Shown here in pieces: positions 1-12,479 of a stretch of DNA of 64,000 bases. The notes beneath the pieces were generated by a model. That model was not told where the DNA came from and searched no databases. It was given only the letters and a program-made list of their open reading frames with translations. Made by a program: the position numbers and the translations under genes. Source of the DNA: Anaeramoeba ignava BMAN (lineage: Eukaryota; Protista; Anaeramoebae); assembly GCA_028826165.1 (NCBI GenBank), contig JAPDFW010000044.1:496001-560000 (forward strand). Reading direction: 5' to 3'. Each line of letters begins with the position of its first letter. Position 1 is the first letter of the stretch.

Positions 1-298
1 CTGACCCAAAATTTAAGTTTTGTGAAACTGAAGTTTTTTCAAGAGGAAAACGAAAAAAAGATTATGGAGAATCAGATATAATTGAAAAAATATCTTTATT
101 TAAAGTAGCCCGATCATTGAGTAAAAAAGAAGTGGATCCACTTGTGATGAAATTTGGATCCAGATTTTTTTGATTTGGAAAAAAAAATAAAAGGAGAAAA
201 AAAGAAAAAAGTTTGAACGAAAACTATTCAAGAATCAAATTTCTCAAATTTCAGTTTAAAAGCAGAATGAAAATTTTTTTTTCTTTCATTTCTCTTTA

Positions 299-580
299 AT
301 GAGATCTGTTGAAGATTATAAAAAAAAAAAATTCCCATAAACACATAAAAAGCAATTAATGTAATTGGGGATAAATGGGAAACTTTTTTAAAAGCCGAGA
401 ATATTATTTTAGAACAATCAGACCTTAGAGATACTATTTGTAGATTTTTCATCCAATTAAAAAGAAAAGATGGAAAAGAATATAAACTAAAAACTTATAG
501 GAGTTATTGCTCTAACCTTTTATCATTTCTCAATCAAAAAAAATTAGATTCGTTAATTAAATTTTTGAAAAAATTTTTTT
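299..580 (+). mobile_element. Crypton-type tyrosine-recombinase transposase, decayed N-terminal fragment
   Basis: Manual translation (frame from 331): IPINT*KAINVIGDKWETFLKAENIILEQSDLRDTICRFFIQLKRKDGKEYKLKTYRSYCSNLLSFL. IPxNT and FFxxxxxKDGxEY match the Crypton/DUF3504-associated N-terminal region. In-frame stop at 346. Confidence 0.7.
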
Positions 581-706
581 TTTTCTTTTTTTTTAAATAA
601 TAAAAATCAACTTTCCCACATTACATTTCATTTTTAATTTTTTTCATTTTTATTTTCAAATTTTTTCTAAGTTGGTTTTTCTCTTCCTTTCCCTTCTTGT
701 TAAAAA

Positions 707-1036
707 ATGGAAACCCAAGAAATTTATCAAATATTACAGGATTTAAATAAATTGGCAAAGTGGGATGAAATTTGTTCATTATTTTTAATTTTTTCAGAAA
801 TTGTATCTCCAAATATCCAAATAGAGAAAATTGGTGAAATTTTAGAAACCCTTCAAGAAATAACTAAAAAAGAATACATTTCATCTCAGGTCCATTATTG
901 GGCAATTTCTTCTCTTGAAAAATTCATCCACCAAAATCTCCTGACACAAATTTCTCAATCATTTCCCGACTTGGATATCGAGAATATCCTTTATCATACA
1001 CACAAATTTTGTATATTTTTCTCTAATAAATATTAA
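707..1036 (+). other. Coding-like ORF fragment of unknown identity inside the transposon-fragment block
   Basis: 109-aa ORF of normal complexity with no motif recognised. Confidence 0.25.
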
Positions 1037-1119
1037 AAAAAGCCTTACTTTTTTATTTCTCAAAAAACTCAAAAATTGTTTCTCGGAGACAATAGGAATG
1101 AAAAAGAAAAAGAAAATCA

Positions 1120-1830
1120 AAAACAAAATGAATTAAAAAATTCAGAAAATTGTATGAAAACGACCACGAAATGAGATCAGCATTTAACATCGGAACCAAA
1201 ATTGTAGGAATCAGTATCTCGAAATTTTATAGATTCCTCAACTTATTTGATATTAAAACACAAAATAGATTACAAGATTATTGTGACGAAATCAAATTCA
1301 AATTAACTCCAATCGTTAATCACATGGCAGAATCAATTCTAGATTCATCTGCAGAGGAACTAGAACAATCTACTGATCCTTCATCAACACAAATCATGGA
1401 ACACATGAAAAATCATTTTATATCTGATAAAGATATTGATAAAATCGCTAACTGCTCAAGAAAGTTATTTATTAATAAAGAATTGACAGATTGATCTTCT
1501 CTTCTAGATCTCAAAGAAAAAATACATCAATTAGTCACAAGTAAGGAAAGAAAAAATCCAAAAATCAAAAGAAAAAAAACATTCAACAGATAAAAAAATC
1601 ACAAACAAAGAGGAGGAAGCATTTTTCGAAATTATTCTCTCAGATTTCACTATTATCAAAAAATTAATATTTTGTCGGTATGATCTCTCCACTCGTCATT
1701 GTGAATCTTTTCTCAGCATTTTAAATAATTATAGAGAGAAATCAAAAGATTTTCCAAATTATGATCTTCTCAATAAAATCCCAATGATAGATGGGAATTC
1801 CAATCACAAATCAGAAAAAAATAAATTGAT
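1120..1830 (+). mobile_element. Mutator-like transposase remnant, internally deleted
   Basis: ORF 1150-1494 (..IGTKIVGISISKFYRFLNLFDIK..MAESILDSSAEE) resembles the Mutator-like N-terminus and is paralogous to 12608-13300. 1660-1800 translates as CRYDLSTRHCESFLSILNNYREKSKDFPNY..IDGN, the C-terminal T-x-x-x-E-S-F motif. The catalytic middle is missing. Confidence 0.65.
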
Positions 1831-1979
1831 GGAATATGAAAAGAGAAGTCGATCAAAGAAAATCACTTCAACCGAAAAATCTCAGAAAAAAAAAAGAAAA
1901 AAAATTGAGTATGGAAACCACTTTTTAATATTTTTCTTTCCAAAATTTATACGTCTCATTCAAATTCATGTTTAACCTA

Positions 1980-2550
1980 TTTGTTCCGTTAATAGAAGGT
2001 TACTTGAACAGAATAACAACATCCAGGATAAGTTTCGTCAATTTTTATCAAATCCTATTACACTATTTGCTTCCTTCTGGATAGGTCTGTCATCCATTTT
2101 CTTTCTTTCCCCTAATGAAAATGGCAAATCAAGATCAAAAATTAGGATTACTACAAGAAAGAGTACAAAAAATTATTTGCTGGGAAGGAAAACTCGTTCA
2201 TAATCCTGAAAATTGGGCAAATATTTTAGGATCTTTGTTTGTTTAAAAAACCAATATTCTCAAGAAATAAATCATATAACGGACCAATTTTTTAATGGAA
2301 TACAACCTCTGAAACAAGCAAATTATTTATCTGAAGAAATAGAAGAGGATGTAAGTGTTGTGATCAGTCTCTGGGGAGAAACTGTTAAAAAAAAATTTTA
2401 GTATCATTGCAAAAAGTTCTTAATTGAACTTACAGATCAGGAAAAAACCTTAAGTGTGAAAGGTAACACACGCTTAATGGAGAGATTGTTTACTTTAATT
2501 ATCCCTATAACACCGCAATCTGAAACAAATATACAACTAATAGATTCCCT
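1980..2550 (+). mobile_element. Possible DDE (hAT-like) transposase C-terminal remnant
   Basis: Broken + strand frames ending ..GNTRLMERLFTLII.. (ERxF catalytic-Glu-like motif) at about 2460-2500. Confidence 0.3.
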
Positions 2551-2552
2551 CA

Positions 2553-2587
2553 TGAAAAAAAAAAATGAAAAAAAAAATGAAAAATTT
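2553..2587 (-). promoter_or_regulatory. Tandem TTTTCATTTT (Inr-like) motifs facing into block A
   Basis: tgaaaaaaaaaaatgaaaaaaaaaatgaaaaattt is the reverse complement of the motif cluster seen upstream of host start codons. Confidence 0.4.
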
Positions 2588-3020
2588 AATTATAATTAAG
2601 AAATGATTTTAAAACCTTTTTATTATTAATATAAAAATAAAGTTAAAAATAATGAAATAAATTTAATTAAAATATTTTATTTATTATTTATTTAATTTTT
2701 AATAATAATTAATTTATTAATATTAAATAAATATTATTAAAAATAAAAAATAAAAATTTAAAATTATTTAAAATATTTTATTTATTATTTTTTTATTTAA
2801 TTTTTTTAATATTAATAAAAATAAATATAATTAAAAATAAAGAAATAAAATTAATTAAAAATATTTTTATTTATTATTTTATTTAATTTTTAATAATAAA
2901 ATGATAAAATTAATTAAATGATTTTAAAATGTTTTTTTATTATTAATATTAAATAAATATTATTATATTAAAAATAAATATTATTTAAAATAAAAGAAAT
3001 AAATTTAAAAAGAAATAAAA
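2585..3020. repeat. AT satellite family 1 (~144-bp unit), about 3 degenerate copies
   Basis: Contains aagaaatgattttaaaa..ttattattaatattaaataaatattattaaaaataaagaaataaaattaattaaaatattttatttatt, as in 13.7-16.3 kb. Confidence 0.85.
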
Positions 3021-3023
3021 AAA

Positions 3024-3051
3024 ATTTTTTTCATTTTTCATTTTTCATTTT
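3024..3051 (+). promoter_or_regulatory. Tandem TTTTCATTTT (Inr-like) motifs facing into block B
   Basis: ttttttcatttttcatttttcatttt directly after the satellite. Confidence 0.4.
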
Positions 3052-3289
3052 AAAATATTTAGTATCCTTTTGTAAATTTATTTCAATTTTTTCTTTTTTT
3101 GATTAATTGTTTTCTTTCAAAATTTTGAGAGCTTCTCAGTTTGTTGTTTGATTTTTTTTGTGATAATTTTTTGTTTTCGATCTTATTTTGATTCTTTTCC
3201 TTTTTATATCTCTTCTCCTTAATACATTTTTCAGATTTATCATCTAAATTGAAATATCTTTGTTCAAAAAAGCGGATCAACCCTTCTCA

Positions 3290-4060
3290 AACTTCATTCC
3301 ATCTAATCTGCGAAATACAAACTCGAAGAAGATAACTTCGCCACATGTTCCTGGCTTTTGGGCAAACATTTGCGATTAAGGCATTGGCGAATTCGCACAA
3401 CGTCGTTGTCGAATAAGTAGAAATTAATTTGTGTTCGTAGGTTTCTGTAAGATCATCCAATTTCTGTGTGAGAAAAGATGCTGCATCTTTAAGATCCAGG
3501 TTATATGGGTTTTTTTTGGGTATTTCGTGATTGTATTTCGTAGGATTGAGGAAATCATGAGTTTTCTCTTCTTTGCTTTTCCAGATTTGTTCGCCTTGTT
3601 ACTGGCTTTAAAAGGACAGAAATCGGGGTAACAAGAGTGATTTCCCTTCCAATGGTCTAAACATCCCATCAATCGTTCCTTGAAATCAGTCACATTTCGA
3701 GAAGAGAAAATGGAATGACTGATCCAGTTGAATAGATGGGATGCAAAGGCCGTTTTGAAGGAAAAATTTTTTAATGCTTTGTCAAAATTCCCACCTTTTT
3801 CGATCCAAGATTTGATTGTGTTTGTGCGGAGATTTTTAATAAAGTGACGCCGATCTCTGAATTGTTGCAAAGTATGGTGAAAGTCCTCAGCCATTTTGGA
3901 AGTATCTGCTAAAGTGGTTTTGGATCTATCCCATCTGGAAAGCAATCCAAAGTATAAAATAACCCGAAACTTGTTTGTATCGCTCTTTTCTTCATCAAAG
4001 AAGAATCATGTGAGAAATCGTTGTCAACCACAAAATAAAGTTTGGGTATAGACAAACTAT
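3290..4060 (-). mobile_element. Mutator-like transposase remnant (core to C-terminus)
   Basis: ORF 3424-3945 has DRRHFIKN (DxxHxxKN) and DHWKGNHSCYPDFC (H-x-x-G-x-H-x-C). After a frameshift it continues TTTLCEFANALIANVCPKARNMWRSYLLRVCISQIRWNE. Confidence 0.7.
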
Positions 4061-4599
4061 TTTTCCTTTTTTTAAAAACCGAGCACTAATAAAAGATTTT
4101 TCCTTTTAGATGCTCAGATCTTTCTAAAATGATAGATAGGTGATTTAACGAACTTCTGTAATTTTATATCTCCATACAAAAAACATCACCTATGATTTAT
4201 TCATCAAAAAAATGTATTTTTTCCGTTCTTAATTTTATCATAATGAAAAGAGAAAAATAAAAAAAAATTGAAATTCTTTTCTTAATTTGAAGATTATGGA
4301 TAACGAAAAAAAACCATAAATTAGAAAAATGAGATTAAATTAGAAGTTTTGTTATATCAATTTTTGTCTTATATGGAGTTATGATTTCATGATTAAATTC
4401 AACAAAAAATAAAAAATAAAATTTTAAATAAAACAAAATTCAAAATAACTTATTAATTTCGAATTGATTCATATTTTTATTTCAGTATTTCATTTCAAAT
4501 TCATTTTTTTGGTATTTTCAAAACTTAATTTGGTGCCATTCAAAAAATTAAATTAATTTTTGAAGTTTTTGATTTATCTATTCAGCTAGAAAGAAAATC

Positions 4600-5025
4600 T
4601 TGTTGAGGAGGAAAACGATAAATTTTAACTTAACCAAAAATGGATATATGAATTCAATACCTTCGATTCAATCATTTCTAATGATTGATAATTGCTCTGT
4701 TATGACATAGCTAAAAGATATATTCAATTCTTCTTTCGTTTTTAGCTTTTTCTGCCCAAATATGTGTAATATTTTTTTGTAACCAAAAAAACAATGCTTT
4801 AAATTCTTCTCTTGAAATAGGATCTCTTTTTCGATTGGGTTCATTGATACTACAAACATCATCACAGAGATCATGATATCCCAATAAATGAAATGGGAGA
4901 ATAAACATTTTCCTTCTTAATAATTCTGCTTTCCCTTCACAATATGATATTGAATTTAGGATCCAAGTTTTCAAATAAGAATCAGGCAGTTTTTGAAGGT
5001 TAGGGTATTTATATAGAGATTTCAA
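4600..5025 (-). mobile_element. Mutator-like transposase remnant
   Basis: ..FILPFHLLGYHDLCDDVC.. carries the same HxxGxHxxC..C motif as 3424-3945 and is frameshifted downstream. Confidence 0.55.
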
Positions 5026-5402
5026 TTTTGAATTTTTGAATATATTATTCCAAAAAGAAGCAAAACAAAATTATCTGAAGGAATAACATATCAACCGATT
5101 TGGATCTTTTGAAAATACTCTATTAAATAGGATGGAAATAATTCATCTTATTGATCTCAGTTCTATTTTTGAGATTTAGATTCCTTGGTTTTTTCTTTCT
5201 TTTTGAGATAGCTCAAAAGATTCTGTAACGAGGTATTTTTGAAACCTAAGCAATGAGTTGGAGGATTGAATCTTTATGAAGTTTTTTCTTCCTAATCTTG
5301 GAGTTTCCTGTGAAATTTTCCTCATTAATTCTTTTAAATGCGGATCTTGTTTAATTTTTCTGGAAATTTCCATGTTTCTGATTTTGGAATTGATTCAGAT
5401 GC

Positions 5403-5790
5403 TTAAATGATTGAATTTTCCTTTGTTTGAGGATCAAAATGTTGTAGATCATGGAAACGTGATTTTAGTTTGTGAAAAAATGAATTATCTAATGGGCTTA
5501 AATCACAAGCAATATAAGCAGGGAAAAATCTAATTTCAAATCCAAGTTCTTGTAATATTGAAACAATAACTTTTGCATGATGAACTCGGAGATTGTCCAT
5601 CAATAAGATTTTTCTTTCAGAAGGATCTAAATTTGGTTCAAGAATCTTGGAGATATAGTCCAAAAATAAGTTAATATTCATTCCATTAATTGCTTTATCT
5701 TGTACTTGATGATTTTTAAACTAGATTTTTTATGCACAATATAATAAAGAGGTAAATTCTTTCCATCTCCTCTTAATGTTGAATGAAGAA
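5403..5790 (-). mobile_element. pogo/Tc1-mariner superfamily DD35D transposase remnant
   Basis: HSTLRGDGKNLPLYYI / GMNINLFLDYI..ILLMDNLRVHH..IRFFPAYIACDLSPLDNSFF, with 35 residues between the MDN aspartate and the SPLD aspartate. Confidence 0.85.
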
Positions 5791-5929
5791 TTTTTTCAAG
5801 ATTATTTTGAGATTTTATAATTAATTTTTTAGATATTTTATAATTTATTTTTTTGGATTTTTTTTTAATTAATTAAAAATAAATTTTCAATTTTTTTTTT
5901 TTGGAAAATTTTATTTTGAAAATATTTTC

Positions 5930-6110
5930 AAATCAAAATTAAAATTAAAATTAAAATTAAAATCAAATCCAAATTCAAATTAAAATTAAAATCAAATCAA
6001 AATTAAAATTAAAATAAAAATCAAAATAAAAATAAAAATCAAAATTAAAATTAAAATCAAAATTAAAATCAAAAATTAAAATTAAAATCAAAATCAAAAT
6101 AAAAATCAAT
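5930..6110. repeat. (AAAATY)n hexamer tract at the strand-switch point of block B
   Basis: Directly visible. Confidence 0.85.
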
Positions 6111-6125
6111 TTTAGAGATTATGTC

Positions 6126-6650
6126 CATCTGAAACTAGCGTTACAAGATTTATTAAAGAGGAACCATTAAGCTATAAAATTGTAAATGCTTTTTTAATGA
6201 GAGATGGAGTGCATATAATAATAGGCATGGATGAAGGGTCTTTATTCATTGAACCACTTATTGCTCTCATGTCCGAAATCCAGATGAGAAATCAAGCAGG
6301 AAAAAATAACTTTAATCAAAATAATGAAAATAACATAAAATCAATTATGAAGCAGAGAATCCTTGGGATTATAACGATAATAATAACTAATTTATTACAA
6401 GAATACGAAGATCTTCTGCAAAAAGGTAAGGAAAAAAAATTTCGCCAATTATTTCGGATAATTGTAACAAAATGAGACAAGGAGAGAATTCAGTTGCAAC
6501 AGGATTTTTCGAATTTCTGAAAATAAAGGACTATATAAGATTTATCACCATTGGATGCATGGAGCATTTTGCAAATATAGTATATGATCACTTAAATAAG
6601 TTTCGGGATATTTTTGGTATGTTGTTCGACAAGAAAGAAATGAAAAGCTA
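6126..6650 (+). mobile_element. DDE transposase remnant (probably CxxH/hAT-like)
   Basis: PSETSVTRFI..IIIGMDEGS.. followed, after a frame break, by ..FITIGCMEHFANIVYDHL (CxxH). An overlapping frame reads DLSPLDAW, so the superfamily is ambiguous. Confidence 0.45.
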
Positions 6651-7325
6651 ATTGAAAATATGAATGAAAATGTAAAAAAATTTCTGATCAGAATCCAATT
6701 TTTTTTGATGAAATTTCTTCATTGAAAAAAACTTGATCAATAAAATCTTAATTTAATTCAATTTAAATTTCTTGTTTTTTCTTCCATTCTTAATAAGATA
6801 GAAATGAAAATCAGAACAGAGTGTTTTAAAGAAGAATCACAAAGAAAAAATTAATTCATTTTTGGATCCTTCGGATTACTGAGTTGGATCCAAAAATCAA
6901 AGAAATTAATTCATTTTGAACAAGAAGCAAAAAAAAATTTATTGGAAAAAATAAGTGAGGTTTTCTTTTTAAAAAAATTCCAAAATACTTCTCTTGAATT
7001 TCTTAATGAAAATTCATTCATTTTTTTCTTCAAATGTCAAAGTTTGAGAAAGCTAAAGAAAATCAAAAAAGAAGAGTTGGAAATCCAAAAAAGAAAATTT
7101 CAGAAAGTACAGATCCTGAAAAAATGTTGATTCGGAGAATGGATAAAAATAAAGAAAAATTCAAATTAAAAAACTTCAAGAATCGGTAAGAAATCATGAT
7201 ATAACAATAGAAAAATTAAAAAAGAAAATTGAAAAAAAAAAGAAAAATGGAAATCAAAAACTTTCAATAATCCAAATCATCCCTTTATAATCTCATTTAA
7301 AAAAAAAGGGAAATATGAAGATAAG

Positions 7326-7640
7326 ATGATAAGAATTGGAGGATTTTTAGTAAGTGTAACTAAAAATGCGACGGCGGCTCACAATAGTTTAAAGTTAATA
7401 AAAAAATTATATAAAAGTATTTTGAAAAAAAATAACATTTATATTCGATTTAATGATGCTTCTCCATGTCCAAATACACTAAATACTTTTGTTCAAGAAG
7501 GTTCCGTTCTCTATCAATATACAACTGCGTATTTGGTGAGTCAATCCGAAAATTTACAACTTTGCCTCGATCAAGTATCCAAAATGGGAGCGAGAAATCT
7601 CGGTATCCTAGTTTATATACAACAAAAAGTTGACGATGAG
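7326..7640 (+). mobile_element. Possible hAT-like transposase N-terminal remnant
   Basis: PCPNTL..LQLCLDQVSKMGARNLGILV resembles the PSxxT...L-x-x-D first-aspartate region. Confidence 0.3.
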
Positions 7641-7659
7641 AAAGAAGATGAGAAAGAAA

Positions 7660-7905
7660 AACAAAATCAAAATCAAATTCAAATTCAAATTCAAATTAAA
7701 ATCCAAATTCAAATTCAAATTCAAATCCAAATCCAAATTCAAATTCAAATTCAAATTCAAATTCAAATTCAAATTCAAATTCAAATTCAAATTCAAATTC
7801 AAATTCAAATTCAAATTCAAATTCAAATTCAAATTCAAATTCAAATTTAAATTCAAATTCAAATTCAAATTCAAATTCAAATTCAAATTCAAATTCAAAT
7901 TCAAA
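7660..7905. repeat. (CAAATT)n microsatellite
   Basis: About 40 near-perfect hexamers that generate spurious QI/FK/LN ORFs. Confidence 0.95.
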
Positions 7906-8289
7906 ATTAAAATCTGGTAATGAATCAAATGAAACTATCGATCAAGATCCAAAAGAAAAAAGAAAAAAGAAAAAAAAAAAGGATCTGTAGCCTTTGTAAT
8001 GGGATCCAAGAAAAAAATCACAGAGAAAAGTATCTTCCCATACAAGAAATGAAAGCAAATTCCACATATCACATTTATAAAAATTGTGTAAGGAATATTC
8101 AATCATTAGAAAAAAGAAAATATGCATACGCTATGTGCATGGAAAATACAGATAAAAAGAAACTCGAAGAAATGATTCAAGAAGAATTCTTTAAATGGAA
8201 TGCGACTAAAACAAGGTTATCAAATCAAAAGAGATTAATGAAAGTAAAAAAAAAATGAAAAAAATTTTTTTATTTTTTTTCTTCACAAA

Positions 8290-8438
8290 AATAAACATAA
8301 AAAATAAAAAAGTAATTTATTTAAAAATATTATTTTAAACATAAATTATTTATCTAAATTATTTAAATAATAAAAATATTTATAAATTATTTATTAAAAT
8401 TATTAAATTTCAATTTATTTTATTTATTGAAAAAAAAT

Positions 8439-8471
<33 letters not shown>

Positions 8472-9280
8472 AAGTAATTTATTTAAAAATATTATTTTAA
8501 ACATAAATTATTTATCTATATTATTTAAATAATAAAAATATTTATAAATTATTTATTAAAATTATTAAATTTCAATTTATTTTATTTATTGAAAAAAATA
8601 TAAAAAATAAAAATAAAAATAAAAACAAAAAGTAATTTATTTAAAAATATTATTTTAAACATATATTATTTATCTAAATTATTTAAATAATAAAAATATT
8701 TATAAATTATTTATTAAAATTAATTAATTTAAATTTATTCTATTTATTGAAAAAAATATAAAAATAAATAAACATAAAAATAAAAATAAAAATTAATTTA
8801 TAAAAATATTATTTTAAACATATATTATTTATCTAAATTATTTAAATAATAAAAATATTTATAAATTATTTATTAAAATTAATTAATTTAAATTTATTTT
8901 ATTTATTGAAAAATATAAACAATAAAAATAAAAATAAAAATAAAAGTAATTTATTTAAAAATATCATTTTAAACATAAATTATTTATCTATATTATTTAA
9001 ATAATTAAAATATTTATAAATTATTTATTAAAATTAATTAATTTCAATTTATTTTATTTATTGAAAAAAAATAAAAAATAAAAATAAAAAGTAAAAAGTA
9101 ATTTATTTAAAAATATTATTTTAAACATAAATTATTTATCTATATTATTTAAATAATAAAAATATTTATAAATTATTTATTAAAATTAATTAATTTAAAT
9201 TTATTCTATTTATTGAAAAAAATATAAAAATATAAATTATTTAAAATATTTATTAAAATTAATTTCAATTTATTTTATTT
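8290..9280. repeat. AT satellite family 2 (~155-160-bp unit, about 6 copies)
   Basis: gtaatttatttaaaaatattattttaaacataaattatttatct recurs near 8311, 8474, 8632, 8790, 8947 and 9098. Confidence 0.9.
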
Positions 9281-9672
9281 AATAAAAAAACAACAGAAAC
9301 AAATTTCATCAATATTTAATCAAGAAAACACTTCAGATATCCAAATTTATTGAGGAATTGATAAAAGAATACTTTATTGCCATAAATATATATTTGACTG
9401 CTCGTTCATTAACTTTTTTAACCAAAATTTCTGAAAAACAACAGAAAAAATTAATATTTGATAATTTTCATTCAAATATTGTTACACCGATAATGGAATA
9501 TACTTATAGTTGAGAATTATCTTTTAATAAAGAAGAATTTGATAAATATTGGGAATTTGCTAATCAAAACCCAAAAAAGAAGTATGAAAAAAATTAAATC
9601 TTATTCCATTAATTACCTTTTTTTTTGATTGGAAAGACAATTTCTTAAGGTTGAAATCATCAAGTGTTTTTT

Positions 9673-10097
9673 TCATTCTCTCTTCTGAGTATTATAGGTA
9701 TATTTGATTTTTCTGTTTCTGTTTTCTTCCCAATCAAGAGCTGGCATTTGATAGATAACGTTATAGTATTTATAATGTTTAGTCTTGTTTCTATAGATAT
9801 TTACAACATTAAACCAGAATTCATTGTGGTTTGTGGAGTAATTGAATCGACAAAAGAGAAGTTTAATCAGAATTTTCTTCGAAAACATAAATTTTACAAG
9901 GATTTGAATGCCCAAATATGTAATTTTCTAGTCACTTTTTTCCAAATCTGAGCAGGGAACTAATTCTACGTTTTCATTCCCTTCAGTCACACAAAATTGA
10001 TGAATATCTTGTATGTGCAGTAAGTATGCCCCCCAATTTTGTATCAATTCCAAAATTTTTTCATATATTATTGTATGACCCGATAAAAATGGGATTC
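9673..10097 (-). mobile_element. Mutator-like transposase C-terminal remnant
   Basis: ..LLHIQDIHQFC..*..LFCRFNYSTNHNEFWFNVVNIYRNKTKHYKYYNVIYQMPALDWEENRNR, the same C-terminal motif as 1660-1800 and 3290-3420. Confidence 0.65.
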
Positions 10098-10339
10098 AAT
10101 TCCCAATATTTTTTATTTTTGTAAAATTGCAATGAAATAAGCATTTTATTATCGAGGAAAAAAGTGAAAGTTGAGTCAAATCCAATTGTGTATTGGAATT
10201 TTGATAAGGAAGTGGTTGATATTCTGTAAAATTCGAAAGAGGAGGTGAAACATATTTAGCTGGTTCTTGTAATGAGTTTTTTAATGAATTTTGTAATGAT
10301 CTTTGTAATGATCTTTGTAATGATTCTTCTACTTCAAAT

Positions 10340-10640
10340 CCAAATTTATATCCACAATGAAAAAAGCAATTTCTAACATGTTCATGTGGGATCTGTTTAT
10401 ATGCCTTGAATATTGCAACTTTTTTTCTTTGTTGGGGTATCATGTTCAATTGAAAAAAAACTTGTTTTCAAGTTCTGAAAAGAAATTATTATCACAAGGA
10501 CTCAATTTACATGCTCTTCCCACTGAAAAAAAACGGCATTCAAACCCAATTTTTAATGGTTTGAAAAGAGACACCAAAATGATCTCCAATTTTAGAATAA
10601 TTTCCAAAAAAAATCTTGATCAGGATCCAAATACATTTCA
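10340..10640 (-). mobile_element. pogo-type transposase remnant: HTH joined to the C-terminal end (internal deletion)
   Basis: YSKIGDHFGVSFQTIKNWV (HTH) directly abuts GFECRFFSVGRACKLSPCDNNFFSELENKF and ..AYKQIPHEHVRNCFFHCGY. Paralogous to 5403-5681. Confidence 0.7.
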
Positions 10641-10992
10641 ACTGTTTGCTTTTTGATCTTAAATGAAGAATACCATCTTTAATGCCGATAAAAAATAACA
10701 CCAATAACAAAGATTTTTTTTCTTTTTTTCTTTTATTTTTCATTAAATATTATTTTTATGTTAATTATTGAATTTATCTTGATTTTTACGATCACCAATT
10801 TTTTTATAATTTTGAAAAATATAGAATTGTTTTTTTGGATTTTTTTTCTTTTCTTTTTTACTTCAAACTAATCTTTTTGGGAGATCTTCAAAAAAAGAAA
10901 AAAAGGAAATCAATTGAATTTTGTTAAAAGTGTAAATTAAACTAAAATTTTCCAATAAAGATATCTCCGATAAATCATTTGAAATGGAGAAA

Positions 10993-11440
10993 TTAAATTA
11001 TTCTTGTATTCCTGAAAAACGAATCCATAGAAGTTTTTAGATTTATTTCGAAATCGATAGTGATAAATTCTGTTTCAATTCGGGGAGTAATAAACTGAAG
11101 CAGTGAGAAGAACTCTAGATAATTGTTCAGTTCTTTTGTTTGCATAACCCCATAAAGGACTGGCAGAAACATATTTGTATCATTGTTTCTAGCCCTTATC
11201 ACAATGAATTGTTTAAAACCAGTTGGAGCTACTCGGAAAGTCTCGTCAAGGAATAATTGTCGAGCTCCAGATAAATGATTAAGCATCTTAGTACTCGTCA
11301 ATATTACAACATTATACGGATAGATGCATTGAGTCTGAAAGAATTCTTTGTTATCGAAAGTTTGCATTCCGTATGAATTCGCCCTAGGTAAATAATTTCT
11401 TTCCCTACTTCGTATCCTCGTACCATATCGTGTGATCTCT
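10993..11440 (-). mobile_element. MULE transposase domain remnant
   Basis: LFLDETFRVAPTGFKQFIVI..FLPVLYGVMQTKELNNY..ITIDFEINL..FF matches the MULE DGTF..PxxY..K..Y..DFE signature. Truncated just before CxxH. Confidence 0.85.
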
Positions 11441-12479
11441 CTGTAGAAGGGACCTTTAAAAACAGTTTATTTGCTATGTGAAATTTTTTTTTGTAATTTC
11501 CTTCACATTGAATTATCTCTTTTAGATTCGATTACATGATTCCAACAATTAAAGAATTAATGGAATTTGAACTAATTGAAAAATGTGGATCGAAAAAGAA
11601 ATTTCTCTTTGTTCAGAAATTACTCAAATATCTGGACGAGGATTTGGATAAAATTTTTGGCACTCCCAATTGGGAGATCATCCCAAAAAGTTTTGATTTG
11701 GGGGTTAATCTTATTGAATTTTTGAAAAAATAAAAAACTCAAAATAAATCCCAAATTATTTTTCTTTTTGATTTTATTGATTAATTTGTTAAAATAAAAC
11801 AAAATAAAACAAAACAAAACAAAAGATAGAATTTTAAATAAATTGTAATTTTAAATTATTGATTTAAATATTTGTCAATTTTTTAATTAATTCATGTTTT
11901 TTAGCAAGCGAAATGCTTTTTATTTGTCTTCTTTGCATCTCTTGGTAAATCTTATTCCTACTCAAATCAAAAATTGAATCAGTATTCACTATCTTCTCCC
12001 AATCTATTTTATCGATTTTCTGGGAATCATTAAAGAGTTTTTTCCTCATTTTTTTGCGTGCTTTGTAATATAGTATCGAATTTTTCATTTCCGCAATCTT
12101 TTCTTTTTTTTTGTCGAAGAGATATTAATGTCTAATTGTTTGTTTGCATTCTTCTGTAGGAAATAACTAGAATAAATGGAAAAAAAAACAACTATTATCA
12201 GGTTTTTTTTACTTCATTTTCGATTGGAAAGGAAGAGAATTGGATTCAATTTTTGGGCTGATTAATTTCTCCTTTAACTTTGGAATCAGTTTCAAAGATT
12301 AATCATTGTGAATATTCAAAATGTTAGGATTAGAGTCTGAATTTGATTCTTTCTCAATTTGTTGGTATTATCAGATTGGGCTCAATTAGTGTGAGAACCT
12401 CAATTTTTAGTAACAAACTTCTCTCGAAATCACAAGTAATTATTTGAAGGGTTTGGGAGCAATTAAAAAGGTCCCATCA

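Noticed and set aside
6858-6897. Short inverted repeat tttttggatcc..ggatccaaaaa
   Set aside because: It has 11-bp arms built around a palindromic hexamer and no associated element.
7608-7928. QI/FK/LN repeat ORFs, and similar ORFs at 23600, 31693, 34279, 37868, 53998 and 54076
   Set aside because: These are stop-free frames of microsatellites or antisense shadows of real genes.
8020-8258. MULE post-CxxH fragment (YHIYKN)
   Set aside because: The motif is too short and lacks the cysteine, so it was not called as a feature.
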